Shown here in pieces: positions 40,389 through 48,576 of a DNA stretch of 64,000 bases (within the stretch, counting starts at the first letter, position 1; each line of letters opens with the position of its first letter). The notes beneath the pieces were generated by a model that was not told the origin of the DNA, ran no database searches, and saw only the letters and a list, made by a program, of their open reading frames with translations. The translations under genes were made by a program, and so were the position numbers. The stretch lies in IMG/VR virus record IMGVR_UViG_3300031539_000014; one strand, 5' to 3'. Origin of the DNA: a virus.

Positions 40389-41257
40389 AAACACGTATCT
40401 GAATCTTTGGCCGGCTCTGGAACTAGTTTCTCCGTAACTGTGGTGTCAGGTTTAACGCTTAACACGGAAAGAATCGTGTCCGAAATTAATTTTGGAATTT
40501 CAGTATGATCATGTGTTACAATCAGATTTTGACCTAGCAACTGTTTCCATTTTGAATCAACGTGCCTATCATTATGATCTACATGAATATGGAACACATT
40601 ATTTTGTTCTTGAGCTTTTTTTAATAGTTGTTCCATAGTATATGTTCCCTGGCCAACAGTGTAATCTCCCATAATGCCTTGAAGTGCGGATAATGGAAGA
40701 TGGCCCAGACAAGGCTCGTCACCTACTGTAAATACAAAACCTTTCTTTTGACGTTTGGTAAACGAATCAAGATGAGTGTGGTTGCCAGCAAAATACCATG
40801 CCAATAGATAACTTTCCCCAGCATTACCGCCCCCACCGCCTTCTAACCAGGTTCGCTCCAACCACATATCAAGTTCAGCATCTCCAGATTCAAATTGTCC
40901 GATTTGTAGCGGCGCATCATCACATTCATGATCACCTATTGCCCCAAACATTAACGTTACATCTGGAACTCCGTTTTGAATAAGAGCCCCAATAAGTGTT
41001 GGTAGGCCATTTTTTATCATTTCGTGCGGCATGTCACCCATACTGCCAGTAACGTCTAAATACAGTTGAACTGGAACAGTGTTTGGATGCTCATTGGAAT
41101 CACAAGCCTCTCGCTTATTAATCCCTTTCGGATTCATATCTTTGTGTATTTTGGCAATCAAGTTTTGTTTAAATATTTCATCTCGAGACTTATAGTGGTA
41201 TCCTGCGGTCATCGCCCGAACGCTGCGATTTGGTTCTGAATAACTTGAATTTCCCAT
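40385..41257 (-). CDS. vWA-like protein
   Basis: LDVTGSMG MIDAS, GDHECD, GGGGNAGESY, TVGDEP; ATGA overlap with purA. Confidence 0.8.
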   Translation of the reverse strand: MGNSSYSEPNRSVRAMTAGYHYKSRDEIFKQNLIAKIHKDMNPKGINKREACDSNEHPNTVPVQLYLDVTGSMGDMPHEMIKNGLPTLIGALIQNGVPDVTLMFGAIGDHECDDAPLQIGQFESGDAELDMWLERTWLEGGGGGNAGESYLLAWYFAGNHTHLDSFTKRQKKGFVFTVGDEPCLGHLPLSALQGIMGDYTVGQGTYTMEQLLKKAQEQNNVFHIHVDHNDRHVDSKWKQLLGQNLIVTHDHTEIPKLISDTILSVLSVKPDTTVTEKLVPEPAKDSDTCL

Positions 41258-41258
41258 A

Positions 41259-41618
41259 TTACTCGTTCCCCCCAAACAGATGAACATATCTGTTTTTTGA
41301 TATTTCAAGTTTTATTTCCAGGTTACGCAGTCTTATGCCAATTTCTACATCTTTGTCAACAAATTCACGACCATTAAAATCCGACGCTACTTTTAAAGAT
41401 GTAATATTGTCCGGGCTCATATCTAACATATTTTCCCGATCACGTTTAAGTTGCTTGATTTCAATTTCGGTATCTTCAATCTGGCGTTTATACACCATTT
41501 GTGCGCTTTCCTGTATTGAAAGTGCCCGGTCTCGACGAATTTTTGGGGCTGTTCTTATTAAAGATTCGAAAAAAGCTCCTTTTATTTCGTCTGCTTTGAT
41601 TTGCTCATTTTCTGGCAT
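41259..41618 (-). CDS. Hypothetical coiled-coil protein
   Basis: 119 aa in SPFH-vWA-purA cluster. Confidence 0.6.
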   Translation of the reverse strand: MPENEQIKADEIKGAFFESLIRTAPKIRRDRALSIQESAQMVYKRQIEDTEIEIKQLKRDRENMLDMSPDNITSLKVASDFNGREFVDKDVEIGIRLRNLEIKLEISKNRYVHLFGGNE

Positions 41619-41788
41619 ATGCTTTCCTTTTATTAAATTTTTATTAAAAGAGAGAACAGCTCCCAGGCACGTGCTTAATAGCCGTCTTTATTTGTTCCCA
41701 GGACTGCCCGATGATCAACTCGGTGGTCTCATCTAGCTAGTTATGAGACAACTGTTCTCCCGTAAGTTTCTCTATTGATAAACTTTAT

Positions 41789-42994
41789 TTATTTGTTGCC
41801 ACCTGTTGGCAATTTTAAACTTAAACTTAAATCTTGGGCAGTTTTTGCGGATAGCATATCAATTAGTTGTTGAGCACCGCCTCCAGCAATATTACCACTA
41901 CCATCTTTTCCTGCCATAACAATTTGAGGCACCCAATTTCCTTGATATTTAGAAATAGCGTCGGCGTATATCTTATTAACTTCAACCCAGGCTTCCAATT
42001 TTTTATCCAGGGCTCCGTCAGCACTCATAACTAATTGTTTTCTTTGAGCTTCACCTTGACCTAGTAATATTTCTTTTTGCTTAGTAAACTCAGCAGCTTC
42101 TTTTTCAAGTTTAGAAACATCTCTTCTCATTTCAGCTTCGGTAACTTTTTGAGCTTTAATTGTTTCTTGTTCCCATTTAGCTTGCATAGCTGTAGCTTTA
42201 CCTTTTTGTTCTACGGTATAGGCTTCCTGTTCAGATTCTTTGGCTCTAGCTATTGCTGTTTGAACCGCCATAATGGCTTTTTGTTGTTCTTCAATTTGAA
42301 GTTCAACGCGGTCATCATAAGAAACATCATTAATAGTTAAGTTTGAAGTACCTATACTAAAATTATGAATAGGGGAAATTTCCTGACGGGATTTTCCTCC
42401 AGGTGAGTTTGGGTCTGAAATAATTTCGACAACTTGCAGCGTACGAGTTTCGTTCGTCATAGGGTCTGTAGTCTTCCTATCTTGACTAGTAGTACGATAT
42501 ACGCCATTTTCTAATTGATCTTCAATTAAATTCAGTAAATAGCTTCTTTTTTCAGAATAGGACTCTTTAGCGGACATCAACGGCCCTGTCATATAAACGC
42601 ATTTTTCAATACTTGTGCGTATCAATTCTTGTTCTAAAGCGGCCTGGCTACCGAAAGCTTTGTGGATTTTAATTATTTCTTCATCTGCTAAAGGCATATT
42701 TAATAAAAACATTCCAGAAATCGTAGCATGCGACCCATCTTGAAATCTTATTTTAATTGATTGGTCTAAAGCGGACCCTTGGTCATCGGCATTGGAAAAC
42801 CAGTAAGGAAATACTCTTTTATATTTTGTTACTGTGCCTAAATTTTGATATTTAAGACCGGGAGTAGTGTAGACATGAAGTTCTCCGTCGACAGGGTCTT
42901 GTATAACCATACTTTCATCGGCAGCGAGATTTTCAAATAAACTACCCCAGGCAGCAATTACTAAAACAATTGCCAGTATCGCCAGGATACCCAT
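41789..42994 (-). CDS. SPFH/band 7 family membrane protein
   Basis: N-terminal TM, SPFH domain, AE-rich coiled coil, WVPQIVM tail. Confidence 0.8.
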   Translation of the reverse strand: MGILAILAIVLVIAAWGSLFENLAADESMVIQDPVDGELHVYTTPGLKYQNLGTVTKYKRVFPYWFSNADDQGSALDQSIKIRFQDGSHATISGMFLLNMPLADEEIIKIHKAFGSQAALEQELIRTSIEKCVYMTGPLMSAKESYSEKRSYLLNLIEDQLENGVYRTTSQDRKTTDPMTNETRTLQVVEIISDPNSPGGKSRQEISPIHNFSIGTSNLTINDVSYDDRVELQIEEQQKAIMAVQTAIARAKESEQEAYTVEQKGKATAMQAKWEQETIKAQKVTEAEMRRDVSKLEKEAAEFTKQKEILLGQGEAQRKQLVMSADGALDKKLEAWVEVNKIYADAISKYQGNWVPQIVMAGKDGSGNIAGGGAQQLIDMLSAKTAQDLSLSLKLPTGGNK

Positions 42995-42996
42995 AT

Positions 42997-43335
42997 TGGT
43001 GGAGATGGCCGGACTCGAACCGGCGTCCGCATAGATTAATACTAAACATTCTACGTGTGTACCTGATATCTAAATTTTCGCCTCATTTACCGCTATCAGT
43101 AGCTATTCTATAAGGGCTAGTCCTTTATTTTCGTGAATAGGGTGGGACAGTTCTATTCCTTATTCTATTTTCCCCAATACTTTTATTTATCAAACAGAAA
43201 AATTTCTATAAAAGTTGCGGCTAGGCCGCTAATGCGTAACTGTTGTCAGTTAAATTAGTGTTGCCGTTTTACGAGTTTACAACAACTCGACACGCTTGTT
43301 AAGTTTTTGTCTTTACGTCGAATCCTTTCATCCCC
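42997..43335 (-). ncRNA. ssrA: tmRNA, predicted tag (A)DNSYALAA
   Basis: 5' GGGGAUGAAAGGAUUCGAC; 3' T-arm and CUCCACCA; internal uuaacu-GAC AAC AGU UAC GCA UUA GCG GCC UAG. Confidence 0.93.
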
Positions 43336-43336
43336 A

Positions 43337-43411
43337 TGGTTGCGGGGGCCAGAATCAAACTGGCGTAGTCTGGCTTATGAGGCCAAACGGGTAATCAACA
43401 ACCTCCCCGCC
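43337..43411 (-). tRNA. tRNA-Met(CAT), initiator-like acceptor stem, atypical
   Basis: GCGGGG/CCCCGCAACCA acceptor with 1:72 mismatch; CU-CAU-AA loop; lacks three consecutive G-C anticodon pairs. Confidence 0.75.
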
Positions 43412-43521
43412 TTTTTTCCCCAGGCCTGCCTTTTGGCGACGTCCGGACAGTCGGCAGATCGCTACTTTTGCCTGGGGAAACATTGTAAATTTTCAATTAT
43501 TGAGAACTTTGTAAATAAAGA

Positions 43522-43608
43522 ATCAACGATACGGGACCTGAACCCGTATACGATCTTGAGGGCTGCAATTTACTGATCACCCTGTCTACCATTCTTACTG
43601 ATAGCCGT
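43522..43608 (-). pseudogene. Degenerate tRNA-like sequence (Leu/Tyr type)
   Basis: T-arm ACGGG-UUCAGGU-CCCGU and GGUAGAC D-loop, but irregular anticodon arm. Confidence 0.4.
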
Positions 43609-43883
43609 CCTACCTAAGAGCGTGCAGCTACAAATAGGGCGCACGGATGCAGGCGCGTCTCCAAAACATTCCGCCACGTTGTCTTTATTTACATAAAATG
43701 ATCAATATTGTGCTATTACGCCAAAGGTTAAAACATCAGATGTTTCATAATCTCTTGACTACCCTCTGCAACTCTTTTGCCTTTATTGTTTTAAAGTCAC
43801 GGCTCATGGTCACGGAGGGAGAGATAACCACTCTTTAAAGGAAATGGACAATAACCTCCATTGGCTGCTTTTAAGCCTACCTC

Positions 43884-44111
43884 TTATTGATCATATGTTT
43901 TCAAATAATATTCTATAAGTTCTTTTGTAGGCTTTATTCCTACATAAATTGGAATTATGGTTAAGCCCCAAATGCCGTGTGATATTAAAGATATTAATAT
44001 CAATAGCGGCACACCAACAGCTAACCATCGTATTGTGTCGTCCATTAGACCACGATCATAAAATATTCTAACTATTGTTAAGACTGACACTAGTAAATCA
44101 AACAATACCAT
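43884..44111 (-). CDS. Hypothetical membrane protein
   Basis: 75 aa, hydrophobic. Confidence 0.45.
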   Translation of the reverse strand: MVLFDLLVSVLTIVRIFYDRGLMDDTIRWLAVGVPLLILISLISHGIWGLTIIPIYVGIKPTKELIEYYLKTYDQ

Positions 44112-44347
44112 TTGTTATTACCCTTTCTTTTACCACATTTATTTATATTTTTTATTTGTAAATTCGGTGGGGCCTCTGCATTTTTCATCAGAGTGACAAG
44201 CAAGGCTGCCCTGAAACTAAACACAAACAAAAACTTTTACAGCAAAGTTTGGTGCTTATTGAGAAATGACATTAAATTGTCAAATACTGTAACCCTTAAT
44301 CAGTTCCTACACGTTGCGTGAGCTTTAGCCCACCCCCAATTTTTTAA

Positions 44348-44420
44348 CGACGAAGGTAGGAATCGAACCTACGTATCGTTGGTTAACAGCCAACTGCTCA
44401 GTCCTCTTAGCTACTCCGTC
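44348..44420 (-). tRNA. tRNA-Asn(GTT)
   Basis: Cloverleaf, GUUGG-CU-GUU-AA-CCAAC. Confidence 0.9.
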
Positions 44421-44464
44421 AACTTAACCGTAATCTTGCGTAATACCCATTCATACATCCTTTA

Positions 44465-44539
44465 CGGGACTTACGGGATTCGAACCCGTGATCTCCTGCG
44501 TGACAGGCAGGCGCGGTCTCCAAACTACGCTAAAGCCCC
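44465..44539 (-). tRNA. tRNA-Asp(GTC)
   Basis: Cloverleaf, CCUGC-CU-GUC-AC-GCAGG. Confidence 0.92.
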
Positions 44540-44593
44540 TTTAAACAATTTCATTGGATTTTTTAAACCTAACTTTATTAATTTTGTTAAACT

Positions 44594-45142
44594 TTATAGT
44601 AAAACAACTCCAGCATCCACCATGTTATAATAAAAACTATCTGGCGTTGTTCCAATATCTCGAGTATGAGACATCAATATGTATGTTACGAAACCTGCTT
44701 TAGCGGCCTGCATGGCAGTATATTTTACACAAAATTTAAGAGCTACACCACACACAAAAACCGCCCCAACTCCCAGATCTTTTAATTGAACATCAAGACC
44801 CGTATGATTAGTTCCATCATTATCCGAAAATGGTCCATAAGGATGTGATTCTCTGTCAGTTCCTTTTTTAATACGAATTGTCTCCCCTCTTGAACAAGGA
44901 TATAGCTCCGGATAAAGTTCTGCTCCAAATGTGCTCTGCACACAATGCTCTGGCCAATCTTTTATGAAAGAAGTATGGTCTTTTGGGTGCCAGTCCACAG
45001 TATACACTATTACGTCATATACAGGCAGGTCTCTATTTATCAATGGAATTATTTCTTTAGCATTAGGCACTGATAAAGCCCCGTCTGTTCTTACAAAATC
45101 ATTTTGCATATCTACTACAAAGAGAGCATTTTTTTTCAACAT
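44594..45142 (-). CDS. pncA: Nicotinamidase
   Basis: VVDMQNDF, DWHP, WPEHC, KKG, GVALKFCV isochorismatase-family motifs. Confidence 0.9.
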   Translation of the reverse strand: MLKKNALFVVDMQNDFVRTDGALSVPNAKEIIPLINRDLPVYDVIVYTVDWHPKDHTSFIKDWPEHCVQSTFGAELYPELYPCSRGETIRIKKGTDRESHPYGPFSDNDGTNHTGLDVQLKDLGVGAVFVCGVALKFCVKYTAMQAAKAGFVTYILMSHTRDIGTTPDSFYYNMVDAGVVLL

Positions 45143-46287
45143 CTTAATATTTCCTTACAAAGATTTATTTCATTTTTGTTGCCCGTATGTTTATTTATAT
45201 CGTCAGATAATTTAACAGTGGGTAACCATTGTTTATTTCTTCCAAACACTGCGTCTAATTTAATAACTATGTTTAAAGGTGTTGCTCCGACATCATTGGT
45301 CAGATTTGTTCCAATTCCAAAAGCACACTTTATTCCTTTTTCATCACATTGTGCTTTTAGTCGTAAGGCTAAATCAATATTTAAACTATCAGAAAAAACA
45401 ATAGTTTTAGTAGACGGGTCAATCCTGTGTTGTTTGTAATGTTTTATAATCTTATCAATGTAAGCAAAAGGATCACCGCTGTCCTGGCGTACCCCATCAA
45501 ATAATTTAGAGTATAGAGTATCAAAACTCTGCAAGAAGACATCGCTGGTATATGTGTCAGTAAGGGCAATGCCTAATTTTCCTTTGAAGATGTTAGCCCA
45601 ATTTTTTAAAGCCATATAATTTGCTGAATTGTAACCATACTTAACAGCGTGGTACATAACCCATTCGTGAGCATGCGTGCCGATTGGTTTTATATCTTGG
45701 TGATAAGCTAATCGTACATTACTTGTACCAACTAAAGAACCTTTTAAGGCTTTAATTACAGTTTCGTGATTATCATAAGAATATCTTCGACGAGTGCCAA
45801 AATCAGAGACTGTTAATTTATGGCACTTTATTCTTTGGGCTTTGTCTAAATTTATTTTTTGGGTAACGTCTCTGGAATATATCGGGGTTTTTATTGTTTG
45901 AAAATAAAATTCAGATATAGTAGCTAATAAAGGTACTTCCCACAACACAGCTCTATACCAGGGCCCTTCTACAATAATTTCTATATTACCACAAGGAAAT
46001 TGCTGTATTTTAACCTCATTCGGATCGAATACATAACCACGTAAGAAATCAAGATAAACAGGACTTAAAAACGGGCATGTCTCTATCAACCAATAACAGG
46101 CTCTTTCAGATAATGTGTATTGCACCCAGGAACTAATTTCTGCTTTTAAAGATTTAGCAAAATTATCTGGAAAATTAGTTCTGCCTCTATTGTGAAATTT
46201 ATATCTAACAATAGATCTTGGAAAATGCTGACAAATGGCCTGTTGCATGGTAAATTTGTATAAATCGTTATCTAGTATCCCACGCAT
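45136..46287 (-). CDS. pncB: Nicotinate phosphoribosyltransferase
   Basis: DNDLYKFTMQQA, DFGTRRR, GTHAHEW, LTDT, RQDSGDP, KLSDD..K. Confidence 0.93.
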   Translation of the reverse strand: MRGILDNDLYKFTMQQAICQHFPRSIVRYKFHNRGRTNFPDNFAKSLKAEISSWVQYTLSERACYWLIETCPFLSPVYLDFLRGYVFDPNEVKIQQFPCGNIEIIVEGPWYRAVLWEVPLLATISEFYFQTIKTPIYSRDVTQKINLDKAQRIKCHKLTVSDFGTRRRYSYDNHETVIKALKGSLVGTSNVRLAYHQDIKPIGTHAHEWVMYHAVKYGYNSANYMALKNWANIFKGKLGIALTDTYTSDVFLQSFDTLYSKLFDGVRQDSGDPFAYIDKIIKHYKQHRIDPSTKTIVFSDSLNIDLALRLKAQCDEKGIKCAFGIGTNLTNDVGATPLNIVIKLDAVFGRNKQWLPTVKLSDDINKHTGNKNEINLCKEILRC

Positions 46288-46322
46288 TTAATTTCCTTTC
46301 TTTATTACAACTAATTAAGATT

Positions 46323-46619
46323 TTAAACTAAATCATCTTCTTTTTCGAAATTGAACTGATCATGATATTCTTCAGGAATTAACTGTCTGTACCAACTAGG
46401 CAACAAACTACCATCAACAGACGCTAGACAAAGTTCCCTTAGAGTTAGTGTAAATAGTTTGCAGTTTTCACTATGTTTACATTCACTACAAGCATTTTCA
46501 GAATGAACGTTTTTAAAACCTTTACACCAAGCTGTCCCCATCATTATAATTATCTTGCAGGCCCTTGGAAAATTAGATTTTAATTTATTTGTAAATTTGT
46601 CTTGTTCTTTTATTTTCAT
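46323..46619 (-). CDS. Hypothetical Cys-rich protein
   Basis: 98 aa, GGAGG RBS, CxxC motif. Confidence 0.5.
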   Translation of the reverse strand: MKIKEQDKFTNKLKSNFPRACKIIIMMGTAWCKGFKNVHSENACSECKHSENCKLFTLTLRELCLASVDGSLLPSWYRQLIPEEYHDQFNFEKEDDLV

Positions 46620-46632
46620 ATTTTCCTCCTAC

Positions 46633-46710
46633 TGGCGGGCCTACTAGGGTTCGAACCTAGACATCTTCAGTTTTGGAGACTGATATGTTAACCAGTTACA
46701 CCACAGACCC
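46633..46710 (-). tRNA. tRNA-Trp(CCA)
   Basis: Cloverleaf, CU-CCA-AA loop, encoded CCA end. Confidence 0.9.
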
Positions 46711-47280
46711 TAATTTAAATTTATTTTTTTGTTTAGTTAATAATCTTTTCATTACAATTTTACCTCTATGCATTCTGGTTCTTACTGTAACATTGGATGT
46801 GTTCATTTGATCAGCTATATCTTCTGGCTTAAGTCCTACAAAAATTTGTAATAAAAGTGGTTCTTTGTAAATATCCGGCACTTCCGCTAAGGCGGCCACT
46901 ACTTCGTCGGATAAATAATGTTTTAATAGAGACTCAAGCTTTACATAATTTGTTTCAGCCCCTAATAAATTTGCACCATAGTCGTCATATGAATTATCCG
47001 AGGAGATTATTTCTTCCGTATAATCAAACAACGGAAGATCACAATGTGCACGCAATCTACTGCTACTGAAGAATGTGTAAATAGTGTTGGTCATAATTGT
47101 ACGTAACCAGGAATATGGTTTAGTTTGCGGTGTATACTGATCCTTGTGTATAAAAGCTTTGTACAATGTTTCCTGTACAAAATCTTCAGCTGTTTGCGCG
47201 TTTTTTAAAATACAGTAAGCTGTTTTGCACAATCTTTTTCTAAAAGGCATAAAAGTGTCAACAAACTCTTTCGAGTCCAT
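46696..47280 (-). CDS. ECF-type sigma factor
   Basis: AEDFVQETLYKAF, WLRTIMTN (region 2); EDIADQMNTSNVTVRTRMHRG (region 4); ATG 47280 with RBS. Confidence 0.88.
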   Translation of the reverse strand: MDSKEFVDTFMPFRKRLCKTAYCILKNAQTAEDFVQETLYKAFIHKDQYTPQTKPYSWLRTIMTNTIYTFFSSSRLRAHCDLPLFDYTEEIISSDNSYDDYGANLLGAETNYVKLESLLKHYLSDEVVAALAEVPDIYKEPLLLQIFVGLKPEDIADQMNTSNVTVRTRMHRGKIVMKRLLTKQKNKFKLGSVV

Positions 47281-47302
47281 ATTTTTTCCTTTCTTTTTTA
47301 AG

Positions 47303-47376
47303 TACAGCCGGAGGGATTTGAACCATCGGCCTCCTGATCCACAGTCAGGCACTCTAGCCAGCTGAGCTACGGCTGC
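47303..47376 (-). tRNA. tRNA-His(GTG)
   Basis: Cloverleaf, CU-GUG-GA loop. Confidence 0.85.
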
Positions 47377-47555
47377 GGTTTATATTGTGTTCTACGAAAA
47401 TTTTTCCAATTTCGATCAACTGATCTGGGAGAATTCTCCCCTTTATGTGGTGGTCATATTAAACAGTGTAAAGTTATGCTGGCAACATATTGTTTATATG
47501 CACGCTTCCATACTTGTGCGTTATCGGTAGTTTTTAATTCTTTATTATATGACAT
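47367..47555 (-). CDS. 62-aa protein with in-frame UGA (selenoprotein candidate or pseudogene)
   Basis: AAGGAG RBS; MSYNKELKTTDNAQVWKRAYKQYVASITLHCLI-UGA-PPHKGENSPRSVDRNWKNFRRTQYKPQP; UGA at 47454-47456. Confidence 0.55.
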
Positions 47556-47622
47556 GTCTAACTCCTTGTTAAAGGTTAATTAGACATATGAACTTGTATA
47601 TCTCATTTTTATTTCCTCTTTA

Positions 47623-47693
47623 TACACCTGGCAGGAATTGAACCTACGACCACGTGTTTATAAGACACGGCCTCTACCACTGAGTTACAGGTG
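47623..47693 (-). tRNA. tRNA-Ile(TAT)-like with 6-nt anticodon loop
   Basis: Normal acceptor, D and T arms; CGUGU-CUUAUA-ACACG. Confidence 0.6.
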
Positions 47694-47698
47694 TTTAT

Positions 47699-47947
47699 TT
47701 ATAAAGAATTTATTTGATTTTCCATATCTTCATTCGATTTTCTCTCTTGTATAGGAGGAGCGTCTTTTCCACCTAAATTTCTGGGATTTCCACACATATA
47801 GCAAGAACATACTTTAGTAGTGTTGCGTAGATAGCGTTTAAATTCTTTTTTGTGCTCTTCAGAAAAAAAATTCCAGCCTTCAATTCTATGTTCTGACTTC
47901 CTTATACCAATAGTTTGTCTGTGTTTTTTATCATGGGGATGCATCAT
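47699..47947 (-). CDS. Hypothetical Cys-rich protein
   Basis: 82 aa, GGAG RBS, CSCYMCGNPR. Confidence 0.6.
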   Translation of the reverse strand: MMHPHDKKHRQTIGIRKSEHRIEGWNFFSEEHKKEFKRYLRNTTKVCSCYMCGNPRNLGGKDAPPIQERKSNEDMENQINSL

Positions 47948-47968
47948 ACTTGCTCCTGGATAATTAGT

Positions 47969-48149
47969 TTTTTTATTGTACTTGGTGAAATCCTCAGAGT
48001 CTGTGACCGGAAGCTTGTGTTGAGCGTAAGCGATTCACTAGCGGGGGTCAAAAGATCTTGAGTATTTTACTCCATATGTTATTAGTTAAATACCCTTACT
48101 GACGAAACATCAGTTTGCTCAATTTATAATTAAGAACTACAATAAAAAA
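47969..48149 (-). ncRNA. Orphan retron msr-msd-like unit Y
   Basis: a1 48138-48149 / a2 47969-47980 (12-bp perfect); G 48137 opposite G 47981; ACUGA-UGUUUCG-UCAGU. Confidence 0.7.
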
Positions 48150-48152
48150 TTT

Positions 48153-48239
48153 TGGTGTAGACGGTAGGAGTTGAACCTACGATGTTTCTATGTGTCGGTT
48201 CTACAGACCGAGGCGTTCGCCAACTACGCTTACGTCTAC
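48153..48239 (-). tRNA. tRNA-Tyr(GTA)
   Basis: Cloverleaf with long variable arm, CU-GUA-GA loop, encoded CCA. Confidence 0.9.
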
Positions 48240-48241
48240 AT

Positions 48242-48416
48242 TCATTGTGCTTTTGTATTTGTTTGTGTATACATTATTTAGTGTCGCCGCTGAAACCTGG
48301 AAGGTTTCAAGACATTTAACGCCATCAGTGTTAAATGTCTTCACCAAATATATCTCTGAGATATTAATCTAAATAAAGGGCGAAACACCCTCAGCGCCGA
48401 AGCACATCCACAATGA
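48242..48416 (-). ncRNA. Orphan retron msr-msd-like unit X
   Basis: a1 48409-48416 / a2 48242-48249 (8-bp perfect); G 48408 opposite G 48250; AGGG-UGUUUCG-CCCU; 12-bp perfect hairpin aagacatttaac/gttaaatgtctt. Confidence 0.65.
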
Positions 48417-48496
48417 GTTTATATTTATTTTACAAATGAAAAGGTTACTTTTGCACTATCAGGGTCCCCTGTTTTCATTTTTTTCCTAGTTTTTAA

Positions 48497-48568
48497 AGCT
48501 CCCGAGAGGACATGATCCCCTGACTAAGCATTACAGGTGCTTTGTTTTTCCAACTAAACTACAGGAGC
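48497..48568 (-). tRNA. tRNA-Thr(TGT), atypical
   Basis: Cloverleaf; loop CC-UGU-AA (C33); T-loop AUCAUGU deviant. Confidence 0.6.
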
Positions 48569-48576
48569 TAATATTT

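Noticed and set aside
43522-43608. tRNA-Sec to accompany the UGA gene
   Set aside because: No UCA anticodon in a properly paired loop and no extended acceptor; looks like a degenerate Leu/Tyr-type tRNA
43416-44341. SRP RNA, 6S RNA or hammerhead ribozyme
   Set aside because: Only short word matches (gtccgga, ggcttaaaa, aagggttacag, ctgatga); required overall architecture absent
47281-47352. N-terminal extension of the sigma ORF from the ORF track
   Set aside because: It runs through tRNA-His; ATG 47280 has a proper RBS
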